DNA of 64,000 bases from NCBI GenBank assembly GCA_910583875.1, contig CAJTXT010000005.1, positions 72,104 through 136,103 on the forward strand, in the 5' to 3' direction. Position numbers and translations under genes: made by a program. Below the pieces are notes generated by a model. It was not told the DNA's origin, made no database searches, and was given only the letters and a program-made list of their open reading frames with translations. Source of the stretch: an uncultured Vampirovibrio sp. GTDB taxonomy: Bacteria; Cyanobacteriota; Vampirovibrionia; Gastranaerophilales; Gastranaerophilaceae. This document shows, in pieces, positions 35,921 to 45,979 of this stretch; position 1 is the stretch's first letter; each line of letters opens with the position of its first letter.

Positions 35921-36718
35921 TCACATATTAGCTAATATTATTAAACAATAATATGCTGCAGGAGCTGAAAAAATAAATGCATCAACTCTATCTAAAATAC
36001 CGCCATATTCAAAGAAAAAAGAACCGCTATGTTTTATACCTAAATCTCTTTTTATTAAGGATATTGATAAATCACCAATTTGTGAAAATATAGAGATTGT
36101 TACACCTAATATAATTGTTTTTATAAATGCTAATTCTAAAAAATACATAAGTGGTAAACAAGCAATGCAACTAAATATTATGTTCGATATAGAACCTGCA
36201 ACAGTTTTATTAGGACTTATTTGCGGGCATAAAAGTTTATTTTTAAATAATGGTCCAATTCTTGATGCACTATAATCACCTAACAGAACAGCACTAAAAT
36301 ATATGATTATAAACGAAAATTTATAAACAGAAAAAAAATAAAAAAGCTTAACTATATATAAAGTACAAAATATAAATAAAAATCCCATTATAGTTGCAAA
36401 AGTAGTAACTATATATGGCTTTTTATTTTTAATGATTGTTATAAAGAAAGATAGCATAATACCTATAACTGTTAACGGAGTAACATATTCGTTATAACTA
36501 TATATATACAGATAAGAACATACTATACCAATAAATTCCGGAAGAATTTTATGAATATGAATATCTTTTACTCTAAACATACTCCTATATTCTTTTAAAG
36601 CAAAAATAATGAAGAAAATAGAAACAAGAAATAATGCAAGTTTAGATATTGCAATAGATAAGAGTATTCCAAATAAAATAATAAAGCCTGTTATATAGTG
36701 TAATCTTTTTTGTTTCAT
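35921..36718 (-). CDS. cdsA: phosphatidate cytidylyltransferase
   Basis: 'SPNKTVAGSISN' and 'GDLSISLIKRDLGIKHSGSFFFEYGGILDRVDA'. Start set at the internal Met; the ORF track extends to 36757. Confidence 0.8.
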   Translation of the reverse strand: MKQKRLHYITGFIILFGILLSIAISKLALFLVSIFFIIFALKEYRSMFRVKDIHIHKILPEFIGIVCSYLYIYSYNEYVTPLTVIGIMLSFFITIIKNKKPYIVTTFATIMGFLFIFCTLYIVKLFYFFSVYKFSFIIIYFSAVLLGDYSASRIGPLFKNKLLCPQISPNKTVAGSISNIIFSCIACLPLMYFLELAFIKTIILGVTISIFSQIGDLSISLIKRDLGIKHSGSFFFEYGGILDRVDAFIFSAPAAYYCLIILANM

Positions 36719-36776
36719 AAAAATCTCTTTTACCCAAAATATAATAACAAAATGCAAAAAAAAAGGCTATTAAATC

Positions 36777-37883
36777 CTAGATATTTTTCAAGGGAAAAGC
36801 ATCACAACATAATTGACAAGCATTAAAAATTTTATTTTTCTTCAAATTTTGTCTAAATTTTTTATATTGTTCACTATTTAAAGCTTTTTGAATATTTTTA
36901 CCTCTAATATTTCCAAGTTTTACAGATAAGCAAGGATATAAATCCCCTTCCGGAGTAATAAATACACTTGAAAATGGTATATTACAAGGCTTATAGATTT
37001 CTTTTACATTTTTATTTCCAAGACTAAAAAATTTTATAATTCTTTCTAAATCATTTGTTTCACTAAATTTAGGCGCCCATCTCAATTTTGTTTTTGATTT
37101 TTTTGAAAGACTTTCAAGTTCTTTATAAATTTCTGTAAAATGTTCTTTGTTAAAATACATTTCCAGCGGATATTCTGTTTTATAAAATTCTTCATCAAAA
37201 GAAGTTTTAAGAACTGAATTTTGTCTTAAAAAATTATTTCTTTTAAATGATAATGAATAAAATTCTGCGTTTAACTCGTTTGCTTGTTTATATATTTTTG
37301 GCAAATCATCAAGATTATCTTCTAAAATAACACTTTTTATATCCAAAATCGGTCGTTTTTTATTTTCTTTTTCTTTGAGTTCTTTTAATAATTCTAAATT
37401 TTTTATAATATTTTCAAATAATCCGTCTTTATTTCTTATTTTATTGTGGTTATTCCCATATCCATCTATAGAAACCGATAGTAACAACATATTATACTTA
37501 ATAAAAGTATTTATTTTTTCCTCATCCAATAAAAGACCATTTGTTATAATGCTAACCTTACCAAAAGTCTGTTTGCAAGCCTTCTCAAGTATTTCAAAGA
37601 AATCATGTCTTATCATAACTTCACCTGCAACAATAGAAATAAAAGAATAAAAAGGAATTTGACTTATAATATCAAACCATTCCTTTGTTGTAAGTTCATC
37701 TTTCTTTCTGTCTTCATTTATAAAACAAAAACTGCAATTTAAATTACATCTATATGTTAATTCCAAGAAATATCTTATTGGAGGAAACATATAATTTACA
37801 AAATTATATTCAGAAAGAAATGAATATCCTTTTCTTACATTATCAAATAGTATTGAATCATTCATCTTTTTTAAATTTCCCAT
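36777..37883 (-). CDS. radical SAM protein with a SPASM-like C-terminal Cys cluster
   Basis: 'CNLNCSFC' (CxxxCxxC). C-terminal 'PCNIPF...YPCLSV...NACQLCCD'. Confidence 0.75.
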   Translation of the reverse strand: MGNLKKMNDSILFDNVRKGYSFLSEYNFVNYMFPPIRYFLELTYRCNLNCSFCFINEDRKKDELTTKEWFDIISQIPFYSFISIVAGEVMIRHDFFEILEKACKQTFGKVSIITNGLLLDEEKINTFIKYNMLLLSVSIDGYGNNHNKIRNKDGLFENIIKNLELLKELKEKENKKRPILDIKSVILEDNLDDLPKIYKQANELNAEFYSLSFKRNNFLRQNSVLKTSFDEEFYKTEYPLEMYFNKEHFTEIYKELESLSKKSKTKLRWAPKFSETNDLERIIKFFSLGNKNVKEIYKPCNIPFSSVFITPEGDLYPCLSVKLGNIRGKNIQKALNSEQYKKFRQNLKKNKIFNACQLCCDAFPLKNI

Positions 37884-37904
37884 ACTTTTATATTATAATT
37901 ATAA

Positions 37905-39512
37905 TTGGAAAGATTTAACAATACGATGAATTTTTTTAAAGTAATTAGAACAAAATCCTACATAATATTTGTGTCATTAATTTTTATATTTGGAATAATT
38001 TTAAGAGTGCTTCTTCTTAATGCAAATGCATATAATATTGTTGTAGATGAATGTCATAGTCTTTTTCATATTGATAGTTTTACATATAAGGATTTATTCT
38101 TTAAATTTATGGAAGGAGCAAATTTCCTTCCGGGATATCATTTTTTGTTAAAAATAATTCATTCATTATTTGGTTATAATTTTCTATTACTAAAAGTTCC
38201 CAGTCTATTATTAGGAATATTTTCTATTTTTATTTTTTATAGAGTAATTAAACAAAGTTTTAATAATAGTTTTATAGTAATATCAGCATTATTTATTTTT
38301 GCAACAAATTATAATCTTATATACTATTCTACGCAAATTAAACCTTATATTTTTGATGTATGCATTGTCCTGATAATATTAAATTCAGCTTTTTATATAT
38401 GTAAACATTACCAAGAAGAAAAAATACCAATAGCAGCACTAACAAAATATATAATATTCAGCATATTATTTTGTTTTACTTCATTAACTTCTATTGTAAT
38501 TTTAGAACTTTACTGGGTAATATTTTTTATTATTTGGTATTTCAAAAAATCAGAAAATATTTTTAATGCATTAATTTTTCAGCTTTTTATATCTATATTT
38601 ATAATTTTTGAATATTTCTCATATATAATTCAAATTCATTCCGGTACCAGCTTAAAAGACCAATGGTTAAATAATGGTTTTTATTTTAACCCATCATCAT
38701 TAGATGCTATAAATTCACTTATTCATTTTTCTCATTTTAATTTTTACTGGTTTGATAAAGATTTAACATATCACTTACCCTCATTTGTTATAATTCTATA
38801 TATTGTATTGTTTTTCTTAGGAGTTATTTCTTTTTTAATTCCTATATTGAAAAAAGAACATGATATAAAAGGGTTATTTATAATTACTCCCTTTTTATTA
38901 TTCATTACTTTATCATTCTTATATATCTATCCTTTTTGCAATAGATTAATAATTTTTCTAATACCATTTTTTATTATTATTGAATTAAAAGTCTTTGATA
39001 TAAAAAACAATAAAATATTGAAATATTGTGCATCTTTCATATTATTATTTATTATTTTTATATATTGTCGTTATGTTAATGAATTATATCAAATAAGAGG
39101 AAACATAGAAAATTCAAAAATATCTGAAAACACATATTCACTTATAAAAGAATTAGAAAATGAAAATAATGATAAAGTAATTATTTCATCTGAAGATATT
39201 TGTACAGTTTGTCTTAATACAAAGTCAATTATGTATGTAGATATTAACAAATCTATAATTAATAAGAATACACAACAGCTATTTATTTCTAATCCAAAAC
39301 AAATAAACGATTTCAATAATAAAAATATGGCTTCTTTATCAGATATTATTCAAAAAAAACAAACTATCATATATACTTTTAAATTAGTAAATGAAAAAAA
39401 TAATGAATCAGAAATAATATCTGAGGCAATTAAGAATTTAGGATATAAACAAATATCTGAAAATTATCTTTCATTTACTGACTCTAAAATTTTTAAACGA
39501 ATTGATAATTAA
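37905..39512 (+). CDS. GT-C-type (ArnT/PMT-like) polytopic membrane glycosyltransferase
   Basis: 535 aa, more than 10 TM segments, 'VVDECHSLFHI' in the first loop, C-terminal soluble domain. Confidence 0.5.
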   Translation: MERFNNTMNFFKVIRTKSYIIFVSLIFIFGIILRVLLLNANAYNIVVDECHSLFHIDSFTYKDLFFKFMEGANFLPGYHFLLKIIHSLFGYNFLLLKVPSLLLGIFSIFIFYRVIKQSFNNSFIVISALFIFATNYNLIYYSTQIKPYIFDVCIVLIILNSAFYICKHYQEEKIPIAALTKYIIFSILFCFTSLTSIVILELYWVIFFIIWYFKKSENIFNALIFQLFISIFIIFEYFSYIIQIHSGTSLKDQWLNNGFYFNPSSLDAINSLIHFSHFNFYWFDKDLTYHLPSFVIILYIVLFFLGVISFLIPILKKEHDIKGLFIITPFLLFITLSFLYIYPFCNRLIIFLIPFFIIIELKVFDIKNNKILKYCASFILLFIIFIYCRYVNELYQIRGNIENSKISENTYSLIKELENENNDKVIISSEDICTVCLNTKSIMYVDINKSIINKNTQQLFISNPKQINDFNNKNMASLSDIIQKKQTIIYTFKLVNEKNNESEIISEAIKNLGYKQISENYLSFTDSKIFKRIDN

Positions 39513-39579
39513 AATTCTTATGTTATTATATAATTATTATATAAATTATAGCTAACATTAATAACAAAAGAGGATTTTT

Positions 39580-40620
39580 ATGAGAATTTCGAATGTGAGT
39601 ATGCAATTTTTTAACCATTCAAAACGTAATGTGTTAAAAAATCAAACTATGTATTCCGCATCACACAAAGGTGCGGATTTTTTATGTTTTGGGAAGAATA
39701 TTGAATTAGCGAAGAAAGTTAGTATTATCCCGTCATCCAAACCAACCGATTTAGAAAGAAATATTCAAAAAATAGCTGATATAGATACATCCGAAACAGA
39801 TATAAAAAAATTTAAAAATGGCGAAACATATGTAAATATAAAAGATAATGTTCGAGGGAAAGATGTATATTTAATGCCAGCATCAAACGAAAATGTTAAT
39901 GATAATTTAATTGAAACATATTTAAAAGCTGATGCAGCAAAAAGAGCAGGTGCATCCAAAGTTATTGCCGTAATGCCAAATTTTGATTATGCAAGACAAG
40001 AAAAAAGAATGGAACAAGGCGAACCAATTGCAGCAAGATTAAACATGGATTTATTAAAAACATCAGGAGTTGATGAAATAATAACAACTGATTTACATAC
40101 ACCTGCAATTGAGGGTTTTGCCCCAAACAGCATGAGTGTTACACATCTTGAATCAATAGAACTAATGAAAGATTATTTCAAATCACAGGGAATAGAAAAT
40201 CTTATGGTAGTAAGTCCTGATTTAGGCGGGACAAAGAGAGCCGACAAATTAGCAAAAGCACTCGGCTGTGATAAAGCAATTGTTTATAAACATAGACAAG
40301 CGCATAATCAAGCAACCGCAGAAACATTAATCGGTGATGTACAAGGAAAAAATTGTATTTTATACGATGATATTATAGATACAGCAGGAACAATAACAGA
40401 AGCTGCAAAACTTTTAAAGCAAAAGGGAGCAAATGATATTTATGTATGTGCAACTCATGGTTTATTTAACGGAAATGCAATGCAAAAATTATCGGAAGCA
40501 CCAATAAAAGAAGTAATTGTTTCTAACACTACACCTAAAAAAGCAGATTCTATTGATAAAATAAAACAAGTTGATATTGCACCTCAAGTAGTCGGTGCAA
40601 TGTTAAATATATCTGTGTAA
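39580..40620 (+). CDS. prs: ribose-phosphate pyrophosphokinase with an N-terminal extension of about 45 aa
   Basis: 'FKNGETYVNIKDNVRGKDVYLM', 'DLHTPAIEGF', 'VVSPDLGGTKRA', 'LYDDIIDTAGT'. The extension carries 'FLCFGKN'. Confidence 0.88.
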   Translation: MRISNVSMQFFNHSKRNVLKNQTMYSASHKGADFLCFGKNIELAKKVSIIPSSKPTDLERNIQKIADIDTSETDIKKFKNGETYVNIKDNVRGKDVYLMPASNENVNDNLIETYLKADAAKRAGASKVIAVMPNFDYARQEKRMEQGEPIAARLNMDLLKTSGVDEIITTDLHTPAIEGFAPNSMSVTHLESIELMKDYFKSQGIENLMVVSPDLGGTKRADKLAKALGCDKAIVYKHRQAHNQATAETLIGDVQGKNCILYDDIIDTAGTITEAAKLLKQKGANDIYVCATHGLFNGNAMQKLSEAPIKEVIVSNTTPKKADSIDKIKQVDIAPQVVGAMLNISV

Positions 40621-40755
40621 ATAAATTTACTAATCTTTCTTTTAATTCTAAACTGGTTAGATGCTGAAACAAGTTCAGCATGACGTATTGAGAAAATAAA
40701 GTGATAAATAATTATAAACAACATATCAACTATATACTGTCACCCTGAACTTTTT

Positions 40756-40806
40756 GACTACTTTTTCCGAAATCTATGATTTCGAGAAAAATGTCTGGTT
40801 TTCCAC
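40756..40806 (+). mobile_element. nested 51-nt mini-element (family 3)
   Basis: 'gactactttttccgaaatctatgatttcgagaaaaatgtctggttttccac' lies inside 'ccctgaacttttt|agggtc'. Confidence 0.85.
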
Positions 40807-40866
40807 AGGGTCTTGCCAACTTAACATAACTAATCATTGACTTAATTCTAAATCACCTAGATGCTG

Positions 40867-40888
40867 TGGGAAACCAGACATTTTTCAA
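40867..40888 (-). mobile_element. family-3 fragment
   Basis: 'tgggaaaccagacatttttc' equals the reverse complement of the 3' end of the 51-nt element. It interrupts an 'agatgctg' hairpin arm. Confidence 0.6.
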
Positions 40889-40980
40889 AAATTTTTAATC
40901 TTAAGAATTAACCTTACAAACTGTCTTTATATATTCAAAGTAGTGTATAATTTTTTATAGAAGATACTGAGGAAAATATA

Positions 40981-43593
40981 ATGAGAAAAATTTTTTTAGC
41001 AATCACGATAATTTTTATAGGTTTAGTTTCTTATGGTGCTGATTATTCAAGTTTTAAACTTGATAACGGGCAAAATGTAATTATAAAAGAAGTTCACGAC
41101 AACCCTATTGTTATTATTGATACCTGGATTAAAACAGGTTCAATAAATGAAAGTGATGAGAATAACGGCGTTGCACATTTTTTAGAGCATTTATTTTTCA
41201 AAGGTACATCAAAACATCCCGCTAAAGAATTTGACCAAATTTTAGAAGCAAAAGGTGCTGTAACAAATGCTGCAACAAGTAAAGATTTTACTCATTATTA
41301 TATTTTAATTCCCTCTCAATATTTTGAATTAGCATTAGATTTACACTCAGATATGCTATTAAATCCTTTAATTCCAAGAAAAGAACTTGAAAAAGAAAGA
41401 AAAGTTGTAATTGAAGAAATTGCAAAAAATAATGATAAGCCAACTACTGTTCTTTACAGAAATTTAGTTCAGGGTTTTTATAAAACGCATCCATATAAAC
41501 GTGATGTTATCGGAACTAAAGAAGTAATAGAAACTATCTCTAGAGAACAAATCCTTGATTTCTATAACACTTGGTATACACCTAATAATATGACTACTGT
41601 AATTATTGGTGATATTAACACACAAAATGCTTTAGATTTAGTTAAAAATAAATTCAACAAGCCTATTGAACAAAATGCAAAAAAACAATTTTCTGTTTAT
41701 AAGCTGGATAAAAAACCTGTCTCACAAATTGAAGTAAAAAAAGACATGAATATTGAAACAGGTTATATTCTTATAGGGTTTAAAGGTTGTCATCCTATGA
41801 GCAATAAGGATTCATACGCATTGGATGTTTTAGCAACAATATTAGGCGAGGGGAAATCTTCAAGACTTTATAAAAACATAAAAGAACAAAAACAGCTTGT
41901 TCATTCAATTTCAGCTTCTCATTCTTCTATGAGAGATGACTCCATATTTTACATTTCTGCAAACTACTTAACAGAAGATATTGAACGTTTAAAATCAAAT
42001 ATATTTAGTGAAGTAGAAAAACTCTATAAAAACGAAATTACACCCGAGGAAATTCAAAAAGCAAAAAATATTATTGAACGTGATACCTTCTACTCTAGAG
42101 AATCAGTATCTAATATATCTTCAGCAATAGGTTATACTGTTACTTTAACAAATGATACTTCTTATTATAAAAATTATTTGGATAATATAAACAAAGTTAC
42201 ACAAGAAGACTTAAAAAGAGTTGCAAAAGAGTATTTAAATAAAGATTCAGCTGTTATTTCAATAATTCTTCCTTCAAAAGAAAATAAGCCTAAAATTGAA
42301 AAACAACAAGAAAAAAACTACAATGCAAAAGTAATAAGCAAAAACAAAGAAACTATAAAATACCAACTTGAAAATGGTGCAACATTAATCATTACCCAAA
42401 ATACAGCAAATGATATTATAGCAATGGAGATAGCATCAAGAGGCGGTAATAATCTTGAAAAAATTGCAGGAATTGCTTCTGTAACAGCAGATACACTTTT
42501 AAAAGGGACTCATAAATATAAAAATCAAGAATTAGCATTATTATTAGAAGAAAACGGTATAATAATTGCCCCATCTGCTCGCGGCGATTCCTTTGGAATT
42601 TCTTCTAAATTTACAAAAAACGAAAAAAATTTGGCACTTGATATTTTAGAAGAAGTTATGACAAAAGCCTCTTTAGATGCCTTTGACATTGAACGAGTAA
42701 AAGCCGATAAGATGTATTCTATAAAAAATAAAAACAATACACCTGATGCTTTAGCCTTTGATGAATTTAAAACAGCCTTATGGCAAGGAACTCCTTACGG
42801 TAATACAGGTAAGATACTTCAAAATACATTGCCGTCTATTCAAAGAGAAGATATTGTAAACTTCTATAATGGATTATTTCCTGCTGAAAATGTAGTAATT
42901 ACAATAAATGGAAATGTAGATAATCAAGAATATATTAATTACTTTTCAAGATTATTAAAAAATAGCAACAAGCAGCCGGTAAATCTTGCAAATTATAAGA
43001 ATATTTTCAAACCGCTTCAAAAAAATAAAATTGTAAAAGTAAATAAAGATTCACAAGCTTGTTGGATTCTTATGGGTTGGTTAACAGACGGAGTAACAAA
43101 TCAAAAAGATTGGGCAACTCTTCAAGTTATTGACTCAATTCTAGGAACAGGTATGAGTTCAAGATTGTTTAACAACTTGAGAGATGAACAAGGTTTAGCA
43201 TACCAAGTAGGTTCAACCTTCTCTGCAAATGTTAACAAAGGAGTTTTTGCTCTTTATATTGCTACTAATCCTAACTCTGCTTTAACTTCAAAACAAGGTA
43301 TGTTAAAAGAAATTGAAAAACTAAAGAAAGAATTTGTAACTGATAAAGAATTAGCAGAAGCAAAAGATAAGCTTTTGGGCAACTTCGTACTTTCTATGGA
43401 AACAAATATGGATAAAGCTTCTATAGTTAATTCACTTGAAATAAGCGGAAGAGATTACTGTTTTCTTGAACAATATCCACAATTAATAAATTCAGTAACA
43501 CTGCAAGATATAATAAAAACAGCAAACAAATACTTCAATCAACCTTATGTATTTACTACAGTAGGACCTGGTTCATCTATTGAAAAATTATAA
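40981..43593 (+). CDS. secreted M16-family (insulinase/pitrilysin-like) zinc peptidase, duplicated module
   Basis: 870 aa with a signal peptide. 'HFLEHLFFKGT' is the HxxEH motif. The second half lacks the motif. Confidence 0.85.
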   Translation: MRKIFLAITIIFIGLVSYGADYSSFKLDNGQNVIIKEVHDNPIVIIDTWIKTGSINESDENNGVAHFLEHLFFKGTSKHPAKEFDQILEAKGAVTNAATSKDFTHYYILIPSQYFELALDLHSDMLLNPLIPRKELEKERKVVIEEIAKNNDKPTTVLYRNLVQGFYKTHPYKRDVIGTKEVIETISREQILDFYNTWYTPNNMTTVIIGDINTQNALDLVKNKFNKPIEQNAKKQFSVYKLDKKPVSQIEVKKDMNIETGYILIGFKGCHPMSNKDSYALDVLATILGEGKSSRLYKNIKEQKQLVHSISASHSSMRDDSIFYISANYLTEDIERLKSNIFSEVEKLYKNEITPEEIQKAKNIIERDTFYSRESVSNISSAIGYTVTLTNDTSYYKNYLDNINKVTQEDLKRVAKEYLNKDSAVISIILPSKENKPKIEKQQEKNYNAKVISKNKETIKYQLENGATLIITQNTANDIIAMEIASRGGNNLEKIAGIASVTADTLLKGTHKYKNQELALLLEENGIIIAPSARGDSFGISSKFTKNEKNLALDILEEVMTKASLDAFDIERVKADKMYSIKNKNNTPDALAFDEFKTALWQGTPYGNTGKILQNTLPSIQREDIVNFYNGLFPAENVVITINGNVDNQEYINYFSRLLKNSNKQPVNLANYKNIFKPLQKNKIVKVNKDSQACWILMGWLTDGVTNQKDWATLQVIDSILGTGMSSRLFNNLRDEQGLAYQVGSTFSANVNKGVFALYIATNPNSALTSKQGMLKEIEKLKKEFVTDKELAEAKDKLLGNFVLSMETNMDKASIVNSLEISGRDYCFLEQYPQLINSVTLQDIIKTANKYFNQPYVFTTVGPGSSIEKL

Positions 43594-43619
43594 AATATAG
43601 TCTAAAGTAATTAAGAGAG

Positions 43620-44207
43620 TTGAATATGCGCAATCAAATAAAAGAAAATAAAGAATTTAATATTATATCAAGAAGTATTGATAATGCAGAAAAATGCACA
43701 GTTATTGAAAGCTGTGAAGATTGTTTCAAAGTTAAACTTAAAAACAAACAAAAATATGAGAAAGGTGAATCTGTTGAATTATTTGCAATGACAAATAAAG
43801 GGCAGTTTTATTTTGAAACAATCATTAAAGATGTTGAAGAAGATATTCTTTCGGTTTGGTTTCCTCTTTCATTTAAATACCTTCAAAGAAGAGAATTTTC
43901 CAGAATCAAGATTGAAAAAAATATTGAATTAAAAGCTAATGATAAAATTATTCCTGCAAAAATTTCAGATATAAGTGCCGGAGGACTGAAAATAATAACA
44001 AATGAACAACTCGAACTTTGCAGCGATTATTCAATAACAGTTAATATAGAAAATAAAGAAGTTAAAGTTATATTTGAACCTATTAGAATAGAAGCAGATA
44101 TAAATTCGTTTATTTCTTCCGGACGTTTTAAGAATATTAGTAACTACGATAGAATTTCATTAGTTCAATATTGTTTTAGGAAGCAAATTGAAAGCAATAA
44201 CAAGTAA
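43620..44207 (+). CDS. PilZ-domain c-di-GMP receptor
   Basis: 'RREFSR' (RxxxR) and 'DISAGG' (DxSxxG). Confidence 0.75.
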   Translation: MNMRNQIKENKEFNIISRSIDNAEKCTVIESCEDCFKVKLKNKQKYEKGESVELFAMTNKGQFYFETIIKDVEEDILSVWFPLSFKYLQRREFSRIKIEKNIELKANDKIIPAKISDISAGGLKIITNEQLELCSDYSITVNIENKEVKVIFEPIRIEADINSFISSGRFKNISNYDRISLVQYCFRKQIESNNK

Positions 44208-44278
44208 AATGCTTGTAAAACACTAAAAAATATTGTTAAATATTCATATATAAATAAGGTTATCGGACGGGAAATATT

Positions 44279-45979
44279 GTGAAAAAGAAAATTGAAAAGA
44301 AGAAAAAAGGCATAATTCCAAAACGTGGTTTTAAGTTTCAATTACGTTCTACAATTATGTCAAACATAATGTTTGTAATGTTATTAACGGTTGTTGCAAT
44401 AATGCTATCAATGTCTGCATTTGCAGTTACAATTATAAAATCAATGCAAAAAGATTTGCCAGCTGAATTCATCTCAAGTTTAAAAATTTTTAATGAAAAA
44501 TACAATACATCTCAAGAATTTGAACAAAGATTATATTCTTTAAAAGACGATATAAATAATGTTATTCTAAAAAATTATAATGTAAAAGATATATATGTTT
44601 CAGATGCAAATAGAAAACCTGTTTTTACAACATTTCAAGAAGGTACTGAATATAGATACGAAACAAACAGTCCTATTTCTTTTAAATTATTAACTTCACC
44701 AACATATACAGCTTCAAACTACAGAGCAGTATATGTACCAAAAACAATAGATGAAAAAATTAATAACAAAATTGTAAAAAAACAATATAATATTCATTTA
44801 ATAATTCCACAAGAAAATGATAAATATATAAATAGCATTAAAGATATTTCAAAAACATTATTTTGTATAATTATTGTTGCAAGTTTTATTATAGTACTTT
44901 TCCTTTCAAGAAAAATTTCCAAACCATTATTTATAATGGAAGAAACCGTTTCTAAAATAGCAAAAGGAGACCTTTCAGGCCGTTTAGATTATACAGCTTT
45001 TGATGAAATCAACAAGCTTGTTCAATCATATAATATGATGGCAAACGCGCTTCAACGTTTATATTCTTCATTAGAAGTTCAAGTTCAAGATAAAACAAAA
45101 GAATTAAAAAGTGCATATAATGAACTTCAAAGTACACAAGCAATGATGGTTCACTCTGAAAAAATGAAATCTTTAGGTGAACTTGTAGCAGGTATTATGC
45201 ACGAGATAAATAATCCAATTAACTTTATATACGGTAACATGACTCATTTAAGCAACTATTCTAATGACTTGATTAATATAATTGAAGAATATACAAAATA
45301 TAATGAATCATTAAAACCGGAAGAAAAAGAAGACATTGAAAATTTAAAACAAGAAATAGACTATGAATTTTTAAAAACAGATTTACCTGACTTGATAAAA
45401 AGCTGTAAAGAAGGAGCTGACAGAGCAAAGAATATAATTCAAGACTTAAAGAGTTTCTCAAGAATGGAAGAAGCAACAATTACAGATGTAGACCTTCCTC
45501 ATGAAATAGATACAACATTGAATATTTTGCACAACAAGATTAAAAATAAAGCAACTGTTCATAAAGAATACAATGAAAATGTTCCAAAAGTTGAAGCTTT
45601 TGGAGGTCAATTAAATCAAGTATTCATGAATATTCTTGATAATGCTGTAGGTGCAATTAAAGAAACCGGTGACATTTGGATAAGAATGAATGAAGATAAA
45701 GATAATAAAAATCTAATAATAGAAATTGAAGATAACGGAATAGGAATGGATGAAGAAACATCAAGAAAAGTTTTCAATCCTTTCTTCACTACAAAGCCTG
45801 TGGGACAAGGAACAGGGCTTGGTATGTCAATCACCTATAAAATTATTAAAAATCATCAAGGTGATATAAGAGTTGAATCTAAGCAAAATTTGGGAACTAA
45901 ATTTATAATAAGACTTCCTATTAACATTGATAGAGAAAATTTAAACGCAAGCATGATTAGCGGAGATAATAATGGATAA
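44279..45979 (+). CDS. membrane sensor histidine kinase with HAMP
   Basis: H-box 'HEINNPINFI', N-box 'NILDNAVGA', G1 'EDNGIGM', G2 'GTGLGMS'. Two TM segments plus HAMP 'IAKGDLSGRL'. Confidence 0.88.
   Translation: MKKKIEKKKKGIIPKRGFKFQLRSTIMSNIMFVMLLTVVAIMLSMSAFAVTIIKSMQKDLPAEFISSLKIFNEKYNTSQEFEQRLYSLKDDINNVILKNYNVKDIYVSDANRKPVFTTFQEGTEYRYETNSPISFKLLTSPTYTASNYRAVYVPKTIDEKINNKIVKKQYNIHLIIPQENDKYINSIKDISKTLFCIIIVASFIIVLFLSRKISKPLFIMEETVSKIAKGDLSGRLDYTAFDEINKLVQSYNMMANALQRLYSSLEVQVQDKTKELKSAYNELQSTQAMMVHSEKMKSLGELVAGIMHEINNPINFIYGNMTHLSNYSNDLINIIEEYTKYNESLKPEEKEDIENLKQEIDYEFLKTDLPDLIKSCKEGADRAKNIIQDLKSFSRMEEATITDVDLPHEIDTTLNILHNKIKNKATVHKEYNENVPKVEAFGGQLNQVFMNILDNAVGAIKETGDIWIRMNEDKDNKNLIIEIEDNGIGMDEETSRKVFNPFFTTKPVGQGTGLGMSITYKIIKNHQGDIRVESKQNLGTKFIIRLPINIDRENLNASMISGDNNG

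Larger units (their letters stand above)
40624..40900. mobile_element. pile-up of family-1 MITE fragments with nested family-3 copies
   Basis: 'ttaattctaaa..tagatgctg' occurs twice (40642, 40842). Hairpins at 40656-40684 and 40739-40815. Confidence 0.75.
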
